NCBI RefSeq assembly: GCF_006345805.1
Contig: NC_043012.1
Location: 25,854,001-25,918,000, forward strand
Origin: Octopus sinensis
Taxonomy: Eukaryota
Reading direction: 5' to 3'
DNA length: 64,000 bases
A model generated the notes under the pieces. It was not told the DNA's origin, did not search any database, and saw only the letters and a list, made by a program, of their open reading frames with translations. Position numbers and translations under genes: made by a program. This document shows positions 1-12,270 of the stretch, one piece after another (the first letter of the stretch is position 1; every line of letters begins with the position of its first letter).

Positions 1-380
1 TCATCGTCATCAACGTCTTGCCGCAAAGAAACTCATAAGAATAATCACCATCGTAATCGCAAGCCCATCATCATCATCATCAACGTTAGCAGGTGCAATA
101 TACTTACATCATAACCATCAACCAGAGGCTCCTCAGAATGTTGTACCAACAGCAATGTCTTCGCCTCCTCCTCCTCCCCCTTCTTCTTCTTCTTCTTCAT
201 ATTTCGTTCTTCTCTCCTCTTTCTTCCTCTTTTGTTCTTTTCTTCTTCTTCTGCTTTATCTTGTTCCTCTTTTACTTCATCTTTTTGTTCTCCCTCTTCT
301 TTTTCTCCTCTTCTTCTTTTGTTCTTCTCTCTTTTCTCAGCTTCTTCTTCTTCTTCTTCTTCTTCTTCTTCTTTTTCTCC

Positions 381-411
<31 letters not shown>

Positions 412-830
412 CTTCTTCTTCTTTTTCGTCTTCATATTTAGTTCTTCTCTCCTCTTTCCTCCTCTTTTGTTCTTTTCTTCTTCTGCTTTATCTTGTTCAT
501 CTTTTACTTCCTCTTTTGTTCTCCCTCTTCTTTTTCTTCTTCTTCTTCTTCTTCTTCTATGTCTTCTCATCTCTTTCGCCAGCCTCACCATCACCTCGCT
601 TCGTCACCGTCATCCTCCTCATTATTATCAGCAACAGTACGACTGTCACCACCCCTTACATTAACAATACGGGCATAACCACAACCGACGTAAAATTCAT
701 TACCACCATCACCACCCTCCTCATCATCTTCATCATAGTCGTTTCCATCATCATCATCATCATCATCACCATCCTCATCATCATAATCAACATCATCATC
801 ACAAGGGACAACAACAAATATCATGCCATC
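1..830. repeat. Compound (TCA)n/(TCT)n/(CAT)n microsatellite block with an internal ~115-bp duplication
   Basis: Direct reading; the overlapping poly-S/F/I/R ORFs are repeat translations. Confidence 0.95.
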
Positions 831-1088
831 GCTTTTCCTTTTTGCAGACAATCGCCTTCAATCCATCGATAAACCAGAAACAAACAGCTGGTAACCAGTC
901 TGCATTTCAAAGCTAACATCCGCTTCCGGCCACAGAAACAAGAACAAAAGAACGAAAAAAATGTGATCGACACCATTCTTCATCCCCCAAACATGAAATA
1001 ACCAACATTATCAAAAGCTACCACCAGACATTTATCTCTAAATGCAACATGTACCTGCAATGTTTATCAATATATGCTATACGTTAAT

Positions 1089-1094
1089 ATAAAT

Positions 1095-1132
<38 letters not shown>

Positions 1133-1680
1133 GTATAAATATATATATCTATATATGTATGTTTATATATATATATGTTTATGCATATATATATATATGT
1201 GTGTGTGTATGTACATACATATATATATATACATATGTATATACACACACACACATATATATATGTGTGTGTGTGTTGTGTGTGTGTGTGTGTGTGTGTA
1301 TATATACAGGCATACATATATATAGACATACATATGTAAGTATATGATAAATTTATGTATGTATACGTATTTATATTTATATATACATAAATATATATAT
1401 ATATATATATATATATCAATATATGTATGTTTATATATATATTTATACATATATATATATATACATATATATACATACATGCATATATACATATATGTAT
1501 ATTCATGCATATATACATACATACATGTGTATATATTATATATATATATATATATTATATATATATATGCATACATATACATATCTATATATACATATAT
1601 ATACATGTGTGCGTATACATATGCGCGAGCGTGTGTGTATACACATGCACACACACACACACATACTTATGTATGTGTTT
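1089..1680. repeat. (CA)n/(TA)n/(TG)n compound microsatellite
   Basis: Direct reading. Confidence 0.95.
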
Positions 1681-2309
1681 AGTTTTTGGCTGCTGTGCCA
1701 TATGACATTTGACATTTGCAATATTTACAATTACGACCGATTCCTAACATATTTGACGCCCCTGTTCCCTCATTTGTTAATATACCTTTCCTGTTGTATG
1801 TTTTCGAAATACCAACGCTCTCGTCTTCCCGGTCTCTCGCCAATACTTTGAAGTCTGACACTCGTCACTATTAGACGGTTCAATGTTTATACGGATGCCA
1901 ATATATAGAACCATGTATGTATAACACGCACACACGTACAAACACACAGACACACACAAATAGACTTACAAGCATACACACATACACAGATACATACGAA
2001 AATTTATATACACATATACGAAGTAGATATGCAAATACAAACAGACACTATTACTCAGTTGAACCTGAAATACTATATATATATATAAGTATTCATGTGT
2101 ATATAAAATATATATAGATGTGTATATATAGATAAATTGAATATAGAGTTACAAATGAAAATCCAATAATTTATTATGTTACATCATTATTATATTACAT
2201 AATATGCTATGAATATAATACAACAAAATATTATATAACAAACAATTATTAAAAAAAAACAAAAAGGCCAAGAAATTGCTTGGACTTATATGCATTTTGT
2301 GATATATAT

Positions 2310-2698
2310 ATTTCTTTATTGCCCACAGGGTGCTAAACATAGAGGGGACAAACAAGGACAGAAAAAAGGAATTAAGTCGATTAAATCGACACCAGTGCGT
2401 AACTGGTACTTATTTAATCGACCCCGAAAGGATGAAAGGCAAAGTTGACCTCGGCTGAATTTGAACTCAGAAAGTAACAGCAGACGAAATACCTATTTCT
2501 TTACTACAGGCAAGAGGCTACACACAGAAGGGACAAACAAGGACAGACAAACGAATTAAGTCTATTGCATCGACCCCAGTGCGTAACTGGTACTTATTTA
2601 ATTGACCCCGAAAGGATGAACTCAGAACGTAGCGGCAGACGAAATACCGCTAAATATTTCGCCCCGCGTGCTAATGATTTGTGCCAGCTCGCCACCCC
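2310..2698 (-). mobile_element. tRNA-headed SINE family A, tandem multimer
   Basis: The minus strand has an A-box-like GCTGGCACAAATCATTAGC head, a B-box-like GAGTTCAAATTC and the body GCCTTTCATCCTTTCGGGGTCGAT...AGTACCAG. There are many copies elsewhere in the window. Confidence 0.9.
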
Positions 2699-3189
2699 TT
2701 TTTGGTGATATATATATGTACACATAACAGTACCCTTATATATATTAGTCATTTAACAGTCATATTTTAAAGATAGCCGAAATTCCGAATGAGATGACGG
2801 GTTGATTGTAAAAATTAATTCACATGTATATAAGTCGAAACAATTTGTTGGCCTTTTTCTTTATGATAGATAAAATTATGTCATATTATATTAATCGTAT
2901 GTCATGTAATATCATAATATAATAAATTATTGGATTGTCAATAGTATCTCTCTAATCTCTCTTTGTAAGTGCATCATACCCTTATTTATATGGTACTCAA
3001 CTGACGTTCCAGGGAATTGGACGTTTAACACACATCTTTTGTAGGATGACTTTTTCTCAATTTGTTACATCTGTATATATATATATATATATTGATAAAA
3101 CGGTAAGATAACAAAAGAAAGAAAGAGACCTCAATATTATGTAAATAGAGGAAATTTATCTATTAATATGTTACATTACTCGGTAGTCA

Positions 3190-3252
3190 AGATAAAACTC
3201 TGAGTTTCAGATGCCGAAGTGGAAATCCACAACACCATCTCTTCGGTTATCT
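3190..3252 (-). ncRNA. Type I hammerhead-like motif in the inverted pLTR copy (C4 variant)
   Basis: Exact reverse complement of the motif at 4568-4630. Confidence 0.6.
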
Positions 3253-3689
3253 GGCTATTTGAAAACGTTATGAAAAAAATACCGTTAAAAATGAAGGGAA
3301 ATTACTCTGTTATAACTCTGCTTGCCTGCGTACTTATACATCGCTCGCATTTTCGTCATAAAAATTATATAAAAATACATAAAAATATATAAAAATATAT
3401 AAAAATATATAAAATCTTCTTGGGACATAACACAGAAAGCATGTTCTATCCGTTTTCTTTAGGGGACCAAAAACGTAACAGAAATTTAGTCACATGTGGG
3501 CATGATCCGAAAAGCTCTGTCCTTGTATTTAGACATGTGGTAGGGTCTAAGCTGCTTTTCCAGATAAGCCATCTCTCCATGTAGATAGTAGCTTTAAAAT
3601 AATAAAGCTTTATAATAAAGCTTTAAAAGATAGTGGTTTTAGCGAAAAAATAAAATATACACCTATCACCAGCCCAACAATAAGGAAAA

Positions 3690-4350
3690 GGAATAATAGA
3701 AATAGGAAGGTCATCTGGTTTACGCCCCCTTACTCACCCGAGGTGGCCTTCAATATAGGTAAATATTTCCTAGCACTGATAGATAGACATTTTCCAGTTA
3801 ACCATGCTTATAGGAAACTCTTAATAGACACAATTTAAAAAATAGTTTTAGTTCAACTACCAATTTTAAAAACATAATCAATCATACATACAAAAAACAC
3901 AAGAAGAAAACAGCTGTTCATGCAGGAATAAAGAATTGTGCCCGCTAAATGGAGCTTGCATGTCCAAGACCATCATATATGAAGCTACCGTAAACTCTAT
4001 AACCACTAAAGACACCGTTTCGACGAAGAAATACGTGGGCCTGACAGAGGGTAATTTCAAGCCAGGTTCAATAACCACACTTTGAGCTTTAGGCACTGGA
4101 ACAAAAGAAAAGAAAAGCGACACAATTATCCAATCATATTTGGTCTTTAAGAGATAAGGTGTCGATTATAACATACAATGGAAGATTTTGGCCAGATGTA
4201 AGCCCTATACTAACGGCAGCGGAAGGTGCGGTTTATGCGACATGGAGAGATGGCTTATCTGGAAAAGCAGCTTAGACCCTACCACATGTCTAAATACAAG
4301 GACAGAGCTTTTCGGATCATGCCCACATGTGACTAATTTCTGTTACGTTT
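3690..4350 (+). pseudogene. Frameshifted PLE linker plus GIY-YIG endonuclease remnant
   Basis: Manual translation: NRKVIWFTPPYSPEVAFNIGKYFLALIDRHFP...CSCRNKELCPLNGACMSKTIIYEATV...KKYVGLTEGNF...RFNNHTLSFRH...IQWKILARCKPYTNGSGRCGLCDMERWLI...CLNTRTELFGSCPH. This matches the characteristic PLE C-terminus from established family knowledge. Confidence 0.88.
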
Positions 4351-4567
4351 GGTGCCCCCCCTAAAGAAAACGGAGTAGAACATGCTTTCTGTGTTATGTC
4401 CCAAGAAGATTTTATATATTTTATATATTTTTAATATTTTTATGTATTTTTATATAATTTTTATGACGAAAAATGCGAGCGATGTATAAGTACGCAGGCA
4501 AAGCAGAGTTATAACAGAGTAATTCCCTTCATTTTTAACGGTATTTTTATAACGTTTTCAAATAGCC

Positions 4568-4630
4568 AGATAACCGAAGAGATGGTGTTGTGGATTTCCA
4601 CTTCGGCATCTGAAACTCAGAGTTTTATCT
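4568..4630 (+). ncRNA. Type I hammerhead-like motif in the PLE pLTR (core CCGAAGA, cleavage triplet GUU)
   Basis: Stem I AGATAA/TTATCT; core CCGAAGA; stem II GATG...CATC; GAAA; near-palindromic stem III ACTC-A-GAGT; U17. Confidence 0.6.
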
Positions 4631-4682
4631 TGACTACCGAGTAATGTAACATATTGTATAGATATATATATATAATATATAT

Positions 4683-4714
<32 letters not shown>

Positions 4715-4823
4715 TGTCTGTGTCTGTGAGTGTTTGTGTGTTTGTGTGTATATATGCATACACACACATTCATAATACATAAACATATAATATAAATACA
4801 CACACTGACACACACACACACAT

Positions 4824-4854
<31 letters not shown>

Positions 4855-5558
4855 AATTAATAAATAAAATAAAACACATGCATATATATACGTACCTACC
4901 TCTACATGTATATATACATGCATATATGGGTACAGGACACCAAAAAAACGTCGAACACAATGAGAAACGAAAACATAAACACAAAACCAAGGAAATGGAC
5001 ATTTTTCTTAAACAACGAAAAAATAGAGTACAGGACATACAAAACAAGGAAAATTCCCCTTCTTCAGTCGCCTTTGTTTCATCTACTCCGCGTTTCGAAT
5101 ATCCTCTGCCAAAAAATCTCAAATTTTATTTAACTTGCTTTTCGCGGGAAAGAATGTTTCATTAAAGTCGTGTCTCGCCTTGATATTCATTATCATCATC
5201 GTCGTCATCGTCGTCGTCGTCCTCATCATCAGCATCCACATCATCATTGTTGTAGTTATACCATTTACTTAGTAACATTTGCCTTCCTTTCTGCATACTT
5301 AATGCGAATTATAGTTTGAAAGTTTGACGCAAGACACTGCCTAAACTAATAGACAACGTTCCTATATACTGTTATACAAAATTATATTATGAGACCCATG
5401 AAAGATAAAAAAAATAAACCACATTCGATCTGGTGGAATTACATTTCAAAGCAGAAATAATGTTATACATATTCGTTCACCAATTAAAGCGGAATATTAC
5501 GTAACTTATTTCACTCAATATATATATGTATGTGTGTGTGTGTGTATGTGTGTATGTA

Positions 5559-6058
5559 CAGGGTGCGGTGAATAAACAGTCGTGTAAGTTATAAATAAAT
5601 AATAAATGCGCTCTTTCAGAGCCTAGCCAGGCTCATGGGCCCGTTTTCCCGGTTTCTGTGACGTATGTGTTCCCCACCTGTACGGGACGCCAGTCCATCG
5701 CAGCGTTATACATTTTTGCCAGCTGAGTAGACTGGAGCAATGTGAAATGAATTGATTTGTTCGAGAACAGAATGCGTCGCCCGTCTAGGAATCGAAACTA
5801 CAATCTTACGATCATGGTTCTGACATCCTAACCACTAAGTCACGCACCTCCACCGTCTAAGTTATGCAAAAACGAAAATAACACTGATATCTCATTTTAG
5901 CAGATATATTTACAAAAGTTACATAAAATTATCTTGAAATACTGAAGCGAAAATTTATTCAGTAAGATCGCCATTGGTTTCAACCAGAGCCTCTAGACGA
6001 CTTCGGAATCTCCCGCAACTCTTCTGGACGGTCTGCTTGTTTAAGTTGGTGAGTTTTA
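5559..6058 (-). mobile_element. Tc1/mariner-superfamily transposon 3' end, interrupted by a SINE
   Basis: TA|CAGGGTG terminus at 5557-5565. The minus strand encodes LTNLNKQTVQKSCGRFRSRLEALVETNGDLTE*, a typical mariner/Tc1 transposase C-terminus. Confidence 0.7.
5593..5853 (-). mobile_element. tRNA-headed SINE family B (V-domain-like body) with a 12-bp TSD
   Basis: The minus strand has GTGACTTAGTGGTTAGG, B-box GTTTCGATTCC and GCGATGGACTGGCGTCCCGTACAGG. TSD CGTGTAAGTTAT (5581) / CGTCTAAGTTAT (5854). Confidence 0.88.
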
Positions 6059-6203
6059 CCATAATCCATGCCATCGGTTCATTTTACGTGATACAAGCAT
6101 GTATATATTAATATAGACGCGCGCGCACACAGACATGCACACAAACACACACACATACACGCGCACATACATACACGCATATATATGTACACCCTCACCC
6201 CAA

Positions 6204-6482
6204 ATGTGAAGGCGCGTGGCATAGTGGTTAGGGCATTCCACTCACGATCTTATGGTTGGGAGTTCAATTCCCAGTGACGTGCTCTATCCTAGAGCAAGAC
6301 TCTTTATTTCATGTTGCTCCAGCACACTCAGCTAGCAAATATTAGTAGTACCTCTATCAAGGCCAGCTTTGTCACACTCTGTGTGACGCTAAATCTTTCT
6401 GAGAACCATGTTAAGAGTACGCGTGTCTGCGGTGTCCTCAGCCACTTGCATGTTAATTTGACGGGCAAGTTGTTCCGTTGCT
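6204..6482 (+). mobile_element. tRNA-headed SINE family C
   Basis: GTGGCATAGTGGTTAGG ... GAGTTCAATTCC head shared with family B, joined to the GGCCAGCTTTGTCACACTCTGTG...CAGCCACTTGCATGTTAAT body also seen at 9.0, 25.2 and 46.8 kb. Confidence 0.8.
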
Positions 6483-6763
6483 TGCAATACAAAGAAATGA
6501 TACGGAATATAGAATATACTGGAATTTTATTTATCACCACGATCGTTTCGATACGTCCTGCCCCTCTCCCTTGTGGATGGGAAACTATACAACTAACCCC
6601 AAAATTTTGTTGGAAATTATGAAATTATTCTTTATAAACCAATCCTCATTTTTTCACACATACATACTCACACACAGGTGGAAATACTCAAAAGCAAACA
6701 TCAAACCCAAAGGAAAATCTTAATTTCTTCTCCGACAAGACATTTATCTCAACATACACATAA

Positions 6764-6932
6764 ACATTAGCACGCCGGGAGAATTGCTTATAGCTGCATT
6801 TTGTCTGTCTTTGTGTTCTGAGTCCAAATTCCACCGAGGTCGACTTTGCCTTCCGTCCTTTCGAAGTCGATAAATTGAGTACCAGTTGCGTACTGGAGTC
6901 GATCTAAAATTTCTTGACCTTGTGCCTGGAAT
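6764..6932 (+). mobile_element. SINE family A, diverged copy
   Basis: Similarity to other family A copies (GAGTCCAAATTCCACCGAGGTCGACTTTGCC). Confidence 0.8.
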
Positions 6933-7012
6933 AGCAAAGAACATACACGCCCATCAACACACTGCTGGCCACAATCCAACCATATTGAAAAGACATTCAT
7001 CACAATACACAA

Positions 7013-7064
<52 letters not shown>

Positions 7065-7452
7065 AAACACACACACACACAGGTGGACTTAAACACATTC
7101 AATAAATGCTTTTAAGACACCCGCATGACAGGAAACGAGAGAGATTTCTTTTAGACACCCCTTCTCTTACTCCTTAACACTTTGAACTCTTTCCCAAACG
7201 ATATTCCAAGAAGGTTTCAATGAAAACACTCCACACATATTTTTGACCCTCAGACAGGAGATAAACTGTTTTCACTTCAAATTTTTATAAATTTTTACTA
7301 ATATTTTACTAAGATAAGATTCATCATCGAAACCCGTAATATCCTATATATCCTTCATATAATTTTAAGATCATTTTATTAAATTCTTTTAAAACTGAAA
7401 TGTCTTAGATTTACTCCTGTGCTATTTCACCTCCATCTTTTATCTGTGTGTA

Positions 7453-7496
<44 letters not shown>

Positions 7497-7888
7497 TGTG
7501 TGTTTATGTAAGAATGTATGAGTTGATGGATGAATGCATTGTATGAACGCATTGTGACTCAACTCTACATGAAGTAATAAGGGCATGTAGAATGAGTCGA
7601 TAACCTTAGGTGTTCAAATGAGGATGAGGGGTCATTAGGGTCAACGATGTTACGAAGATTATAATAATGGGCCATTCATTTCATCAGATATCTCAACATT
7701 TTAGCTCCGAACAAATATTTTGAATGCAAAATTCTTTCGCTTCCACGCAATAATATACCGCAGGGATGTGAACTTCGAGATTCGAGACAGTGACACGGCT
7801 TTAGTTTTCATACAATTCTATAACGTCTCAGACATATTTTTACTACTCCACTCTTATTCGTTCCACAAAACACACGCACAGACACACA

Positions 7889-7925
<37 letters not shown>

Positions 7926-8083
7926 CCACACACGCACGAACACAAACATATGTCGACAGGGGGTACAGCCGATCGATGTGTAGGTAGATCGATAGAGAGG
8001 TAGAAAGATAAAAAGATGGATATATAGATAGGTACGTATAGCTATAGATGTATGACTATAAATTTAAATAAAGCATTAACACA

Positions 8084-8120
<37 letters not shown>

Positions 8121-8757
8121 AATATATCTATATATTTATATTGTATATATATATACATATATATATATATATACACACTCATGTACACATGTTTTTACCT
8201 ATATGTATGTGTATATATATGTATATATATATCTATATATATATATATATATACACATATTTAAATATATATATATGTGTGTGTATGTGTGTATGCATGT
8301 AGATTTATGTATGTACACGTGCGTATCTACGTGTGTGTGTTTGTCCAAACTGCAGTTCTTTAAAGATATACTTTTTTGGCATATGTGTACAATTATGCAT
8401 GTGCGGGAGTATTACATATTTTTTTTTATCTCAAATGAGTTTATTATTTATGTACATGCCTATCTCTGAAGTTATATAGACATGCAAATCTTATAGACTT
8501 GTATACACAGGGTAATATTAATATGCATGTATTAGTAATTTTTTTTAAATAGAAAAATAGACTGATGTTTCTAAAATATAATTTATGTAAACGAAAGCGT
8601 AAATTTTAACAAAAAATAACAAATTCCAGCGACACGCAGAAAGCAAATCAGCACACACACACACACGCGCGCACACACACACACTATATACATATGCCCA
8701 CGACCCTCAAGAACGCATTTACTTTATATATACCTCAATAAACGAATAACCCCCCAC

Positions 8758-8908
8758 ATAATATATATATTATATATATATAATATATTATATATATATA
8801 TGTATATTTATATATATATATATATATATATTATTATGCATGTATATATCTATATGTATATATGTTATGCATATATATATATGTATATATATACATATAT
8901 ATCTATAG

Positions 8909-8952
<44 letters not shown>

Positions 8953-8961
8953 CATAAATAT

Positions 8962-9003
<42 letters not shown>

Positions 9004-9042
9004 ATAATAAATATATATATATATATAATATATATATATACT
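8758..9042. repeat. (TA)n tract
   Basis: Direct reading. Confidence 0.95.
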
Positions 9043-9043
9043 A

Positions 9044-9420
9044 TCGTGGCACTCCGTCGGTTACGACGAAGAGCGTTCCAGTTGATCGATCAACCGAACA
9101 GCCTGCTCATGAAATTAACATGCAAGTGGCTGAGCACTCCACAGATACGTGTACCCTTAACGTAGCTCTCGAGGAGATTCGGCGTGAAACAGAGTGGGAA
9201 AAGGCTGGGCCTTTTGAAATACAGGTACAACAGAAACAGTAATAAAGAGTGAGAGAATGTTGTGATGAAAGAATACAGCAGGCTTCGACAACACCCCTTG
9301 CTGGAGTCTCATGGAGCCTCGTGGAGCTTTAGGTGTTTTCGCACAATAAACAATCACGGCGCCCGATCTGGGAATTGAAACTGCAATCCTACGACCGCGA
9401 GTCCGCTGCCATAACCACTG
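9044..9420 (-). mobile_element. SINE family C body plus spacer module plus tRNA head
   Basis: The body matches 6340-6480 (reverse complement). The spacer matches 60680-60790. The tRNA-like head lies at 9370-9420. Confidence 0.8.
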
Positions 9421-9445
9421 TGTCATTGTGCCACCACATATTGAG

Positions 9446-9781
9446 GAGACCCCTTCGGTCATGCATGACCATGGTATTGCACCTAGAAAGTTACCCTCAG
9501 GGACACAAATCCGGGCAAGTTTACTTATGGAAGGCGAGTAGCCGCCCATGCATACCAGCCTGCCCTCTCCACACCACTTATGTTATCCAAGGGAAAGGCA
9601 AAGTCCGATACAGCTTGGGACTATTGATGTCGGAACTCTTTTCTACAGGTGTGTGGACTGGCGCAACCTGAAATAAAGTGCCTTGCTCAAGAACACAACA
9701 CGCAGCCCGGCCCTGGAATCGAAGACGACAACCTCACGATCGTAAGCTCAATGCCGTAACCACTGAGCTATGCACCGCCAC
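9446..9781 (-). mobile_element. SINE with the shared B/C head and a third body type
   Basis: 9640-9781 matches the B/C head (GTGTGGACTGGCGCAACCTGAAATAAAGTGCCTTGCTCAAGAACAC). The body 9446-9640 is different. Confidence 0.7.
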
Positions 9782-9782
9782 C

Positions 9783-9815
<33 letters not shown>

Positions 9816-10530
9816 TATATATAATATTATATATATATTATATATATATATATGTATATGTATTATACAACGAATATGACCTAAGTGAAATAAGTTAATG
9901 TTGCCAATGTCATGTAGTTCAGCAAAAGATATAATGAATATGGGTACAAGTTTAGAATTTGATTTATTTAAATTGTTTTCGGCCTCGCACGTGTAAGAAC
10001 AATTATTTGTAGCGGTTATCTACCCTTTGTTTTCAACTCGGAATTGTTATTATGTTGATAATCATGAAAAGCATGTTTTCAAAACCAAAATGTCATTCAG
10101 AAAAAAAATATAGTTAACCATCAGTAGTCAAGTGATTGTCTTCGGCCACAGATTTGCCTATGCGTTTCGTCAGCTGAATGGGAGTTGCTGTGTTGATGAC
10201 GCCTATTGTGGTAGAAGCCCATGTGCAGAGATGTTGCTTGATTGCAGACTATCAGGTGATCGTTAATTGTGTGTTAATTTTAGAGAACTCTTCAAGTTTG
10301 ACAGTATGTGCTCTTCACATTCAGAGTTAGTACCAGTTGCCATTGAGCAACGTGCGTACCTCTCAGAAGCGAAGATAATTTTAATAAATAAAAAAAATTA
10401 TCCTCTATATTATGCATATGTAAATATTTACACACACGTACACACAAATACACTCACGCACATATGAAAACGCACATATGCAAACGCACATTCATGCGTT
10501 TATATAAGTATATATATATATATATATATA

Positions 10531-10762
10531 TATTTCTTTACTACCCACAAGGGGCTAAACACAGAGGAGACAAACAAGGACAGACAAACGGATTAAGTCG
10601 ATTACATCGACCCCAGTGCGCAACTGGTACTTAATTTATCGACCCCGGAAGGATGAAAGGCAAGTCGACCTCGGCGGAATTTGAACTCGGAACGTAACGG
10701 CAGACGAATACGGCAACGCATTACGCCCGGCGTGCTTAACGTTTCTGCCAGCTCGCCGCCTT
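10531..10762 (-). mobile_element. SINE family A, near full-length
   Basis: The minus strand starts AAGGCGGCGAGCTGGCAGAAACG, carries B-box GAGTTCAAATTCC and ends GTAGTAAAGAAATA in a (TA)n tract. Confidence 0.92.
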
Positions 10763-10764
10763 TA

Positions 10765-10820
<56 letters not shown>

Positions 10821-10843
10821 TATATATATATCTATATATGAAT

Positions 10844-10876
<33 letters not shown>

Positions 10877-11079
10877 TATTACAACATTGTATCTATGCAT
10901 AGATACATACAAACACATATATATGACTAGATAGATAGATACATATATGTATATAGTTATGTATATTTACATATCTATTTATATTTATGTATGCATATAT
11001 ATATATTATATGTATATATATATATAAAATATATATGTTCATTTATATGTGTGTATGTTCGTGTGCGCGTGTGTATGTC

Positions 11080-11115
<36 letters not shown>

Positions 11116-11544
11116 GTGTGCACATGAATATTTATTCATATACGTATGTACTTGCATGTGTATACTGGTTAGGAAAGCAAAACAAAACAAACACTTAATG
11201 TACAATATTTCCAGCATAGATTAATGCTAATAGATGATATAGAAAATACAAAACGTTGTGTATAGTTAAACAATATTAATCTCCAGAGGTAAATGTTTAT
11301 GTGGGTGTATATTATAGCTAAATCTCCATTAATGTAATATGAACTATCTGTCAACTGCCATCTCTTGATAGAACAGTTCAAAGATAAGCTCTTACTGTGA
11401 ATTCAGCAAATTTATTTTTATTTGTTCCCCGTCGCCATCTTTGTATCGTTTACTATGTTTTTTTAAAATTCTCTATGTATCTCACTATATCTCAGCATAT
11501 CTATTTCTGTTCCTCTCTATATATACATATGTCTATATATTTCT

Positions 11545-11608
<64 letters not shown>
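11545..11608. repeat. (CT)n microsatellite
   Basis: Direct reading. Confidence 0.97.
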
Positions 11609-11615
<7 letters not shown>

Positions 11616-12029
11616 TATTCCTGTCTGCCAGTTTCATTTTGTCTTCTCTCATTCTTCCACTCTCTTTTCCCGATTCTCTTTCCCTTTCACGTTTCCTTTC
11701 TTTTTGCTTGTGTGTGTGTGTATGTGTGTGCGTGTGTGTGTGTTTGTATAACAAAATTTACGTGTGTACAAATGTGAATTAAATTTCCTATAGACAAACA
11801 ACTTGATTACGTATGCTTCATAAAAACGTACACGACCACGTCACAATCACGTACACAAACACGCACTTATACATATAATTTCCTCCACCAAGTACATCCA
11901 CACACACACACACACATACATACAAACACACACATACGTAAATACACACACACACACTCATACTCCAAAACTTACAACTATATATACACTTCTTAAGCTT
12001 TGCAGAAACATGCTGGATACTTACTAATA

Positions 12030-12030
12030 T

Positions 12031-12065
<35 letters not shown>

Positions 12066-12202
12066 TGATGATGATGTTCATGATGATGATGATATTGATG
12101 GTGGTAGTGGTGGTGGTGGTGGTGGTGGTGGTGGTGGTGACGCTGCTGCTGATGATGTTAATAATTATAACAATAATAATAATGATAATAATAATAATAA
12201 TG

Positions 12203-12267
<65 letters not shown>

Positions 12268-12270
12268 TAC
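12030..12270. repeat. (TAA)n/(GAT)n/(GGT)n trinucleotide block
   Basis: Direct reading. Confidence 0.97.

Larger units (their letters stand above)
3165..4655 (+). mobile_element. 5'-truncated Penelope-like retroelement (GIY-YIG endonuclease end) flanked by ~418-bp inverted pseudo-LTR copies
   Basis: Arms 3165-3582 and 4240-4655 are near-perfect reverse complements. The interior encodes decayed PLE motifs (see the pseudogene entry). Confidence 0.9.

Noticed and set aside
93-872. 259-aa and overlapping long ORFs
   Set aside because: These are translations of (TCT)n/(TCA)n repeats, low-complexity in every frame.
5040-5190. CTGAAGA on the minus strand and GAAACGCG nearby, suggestive of a hammerhead; 7-bp inverted pair GAATATC/GATATTC
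   Set aside because: The core halves are in the wrong order and no stem I/III with a UH site can be built.
7655-7700. CTGATGA on the minus strand
   Set aside because: No GAAA at a compatible distance after a stem.
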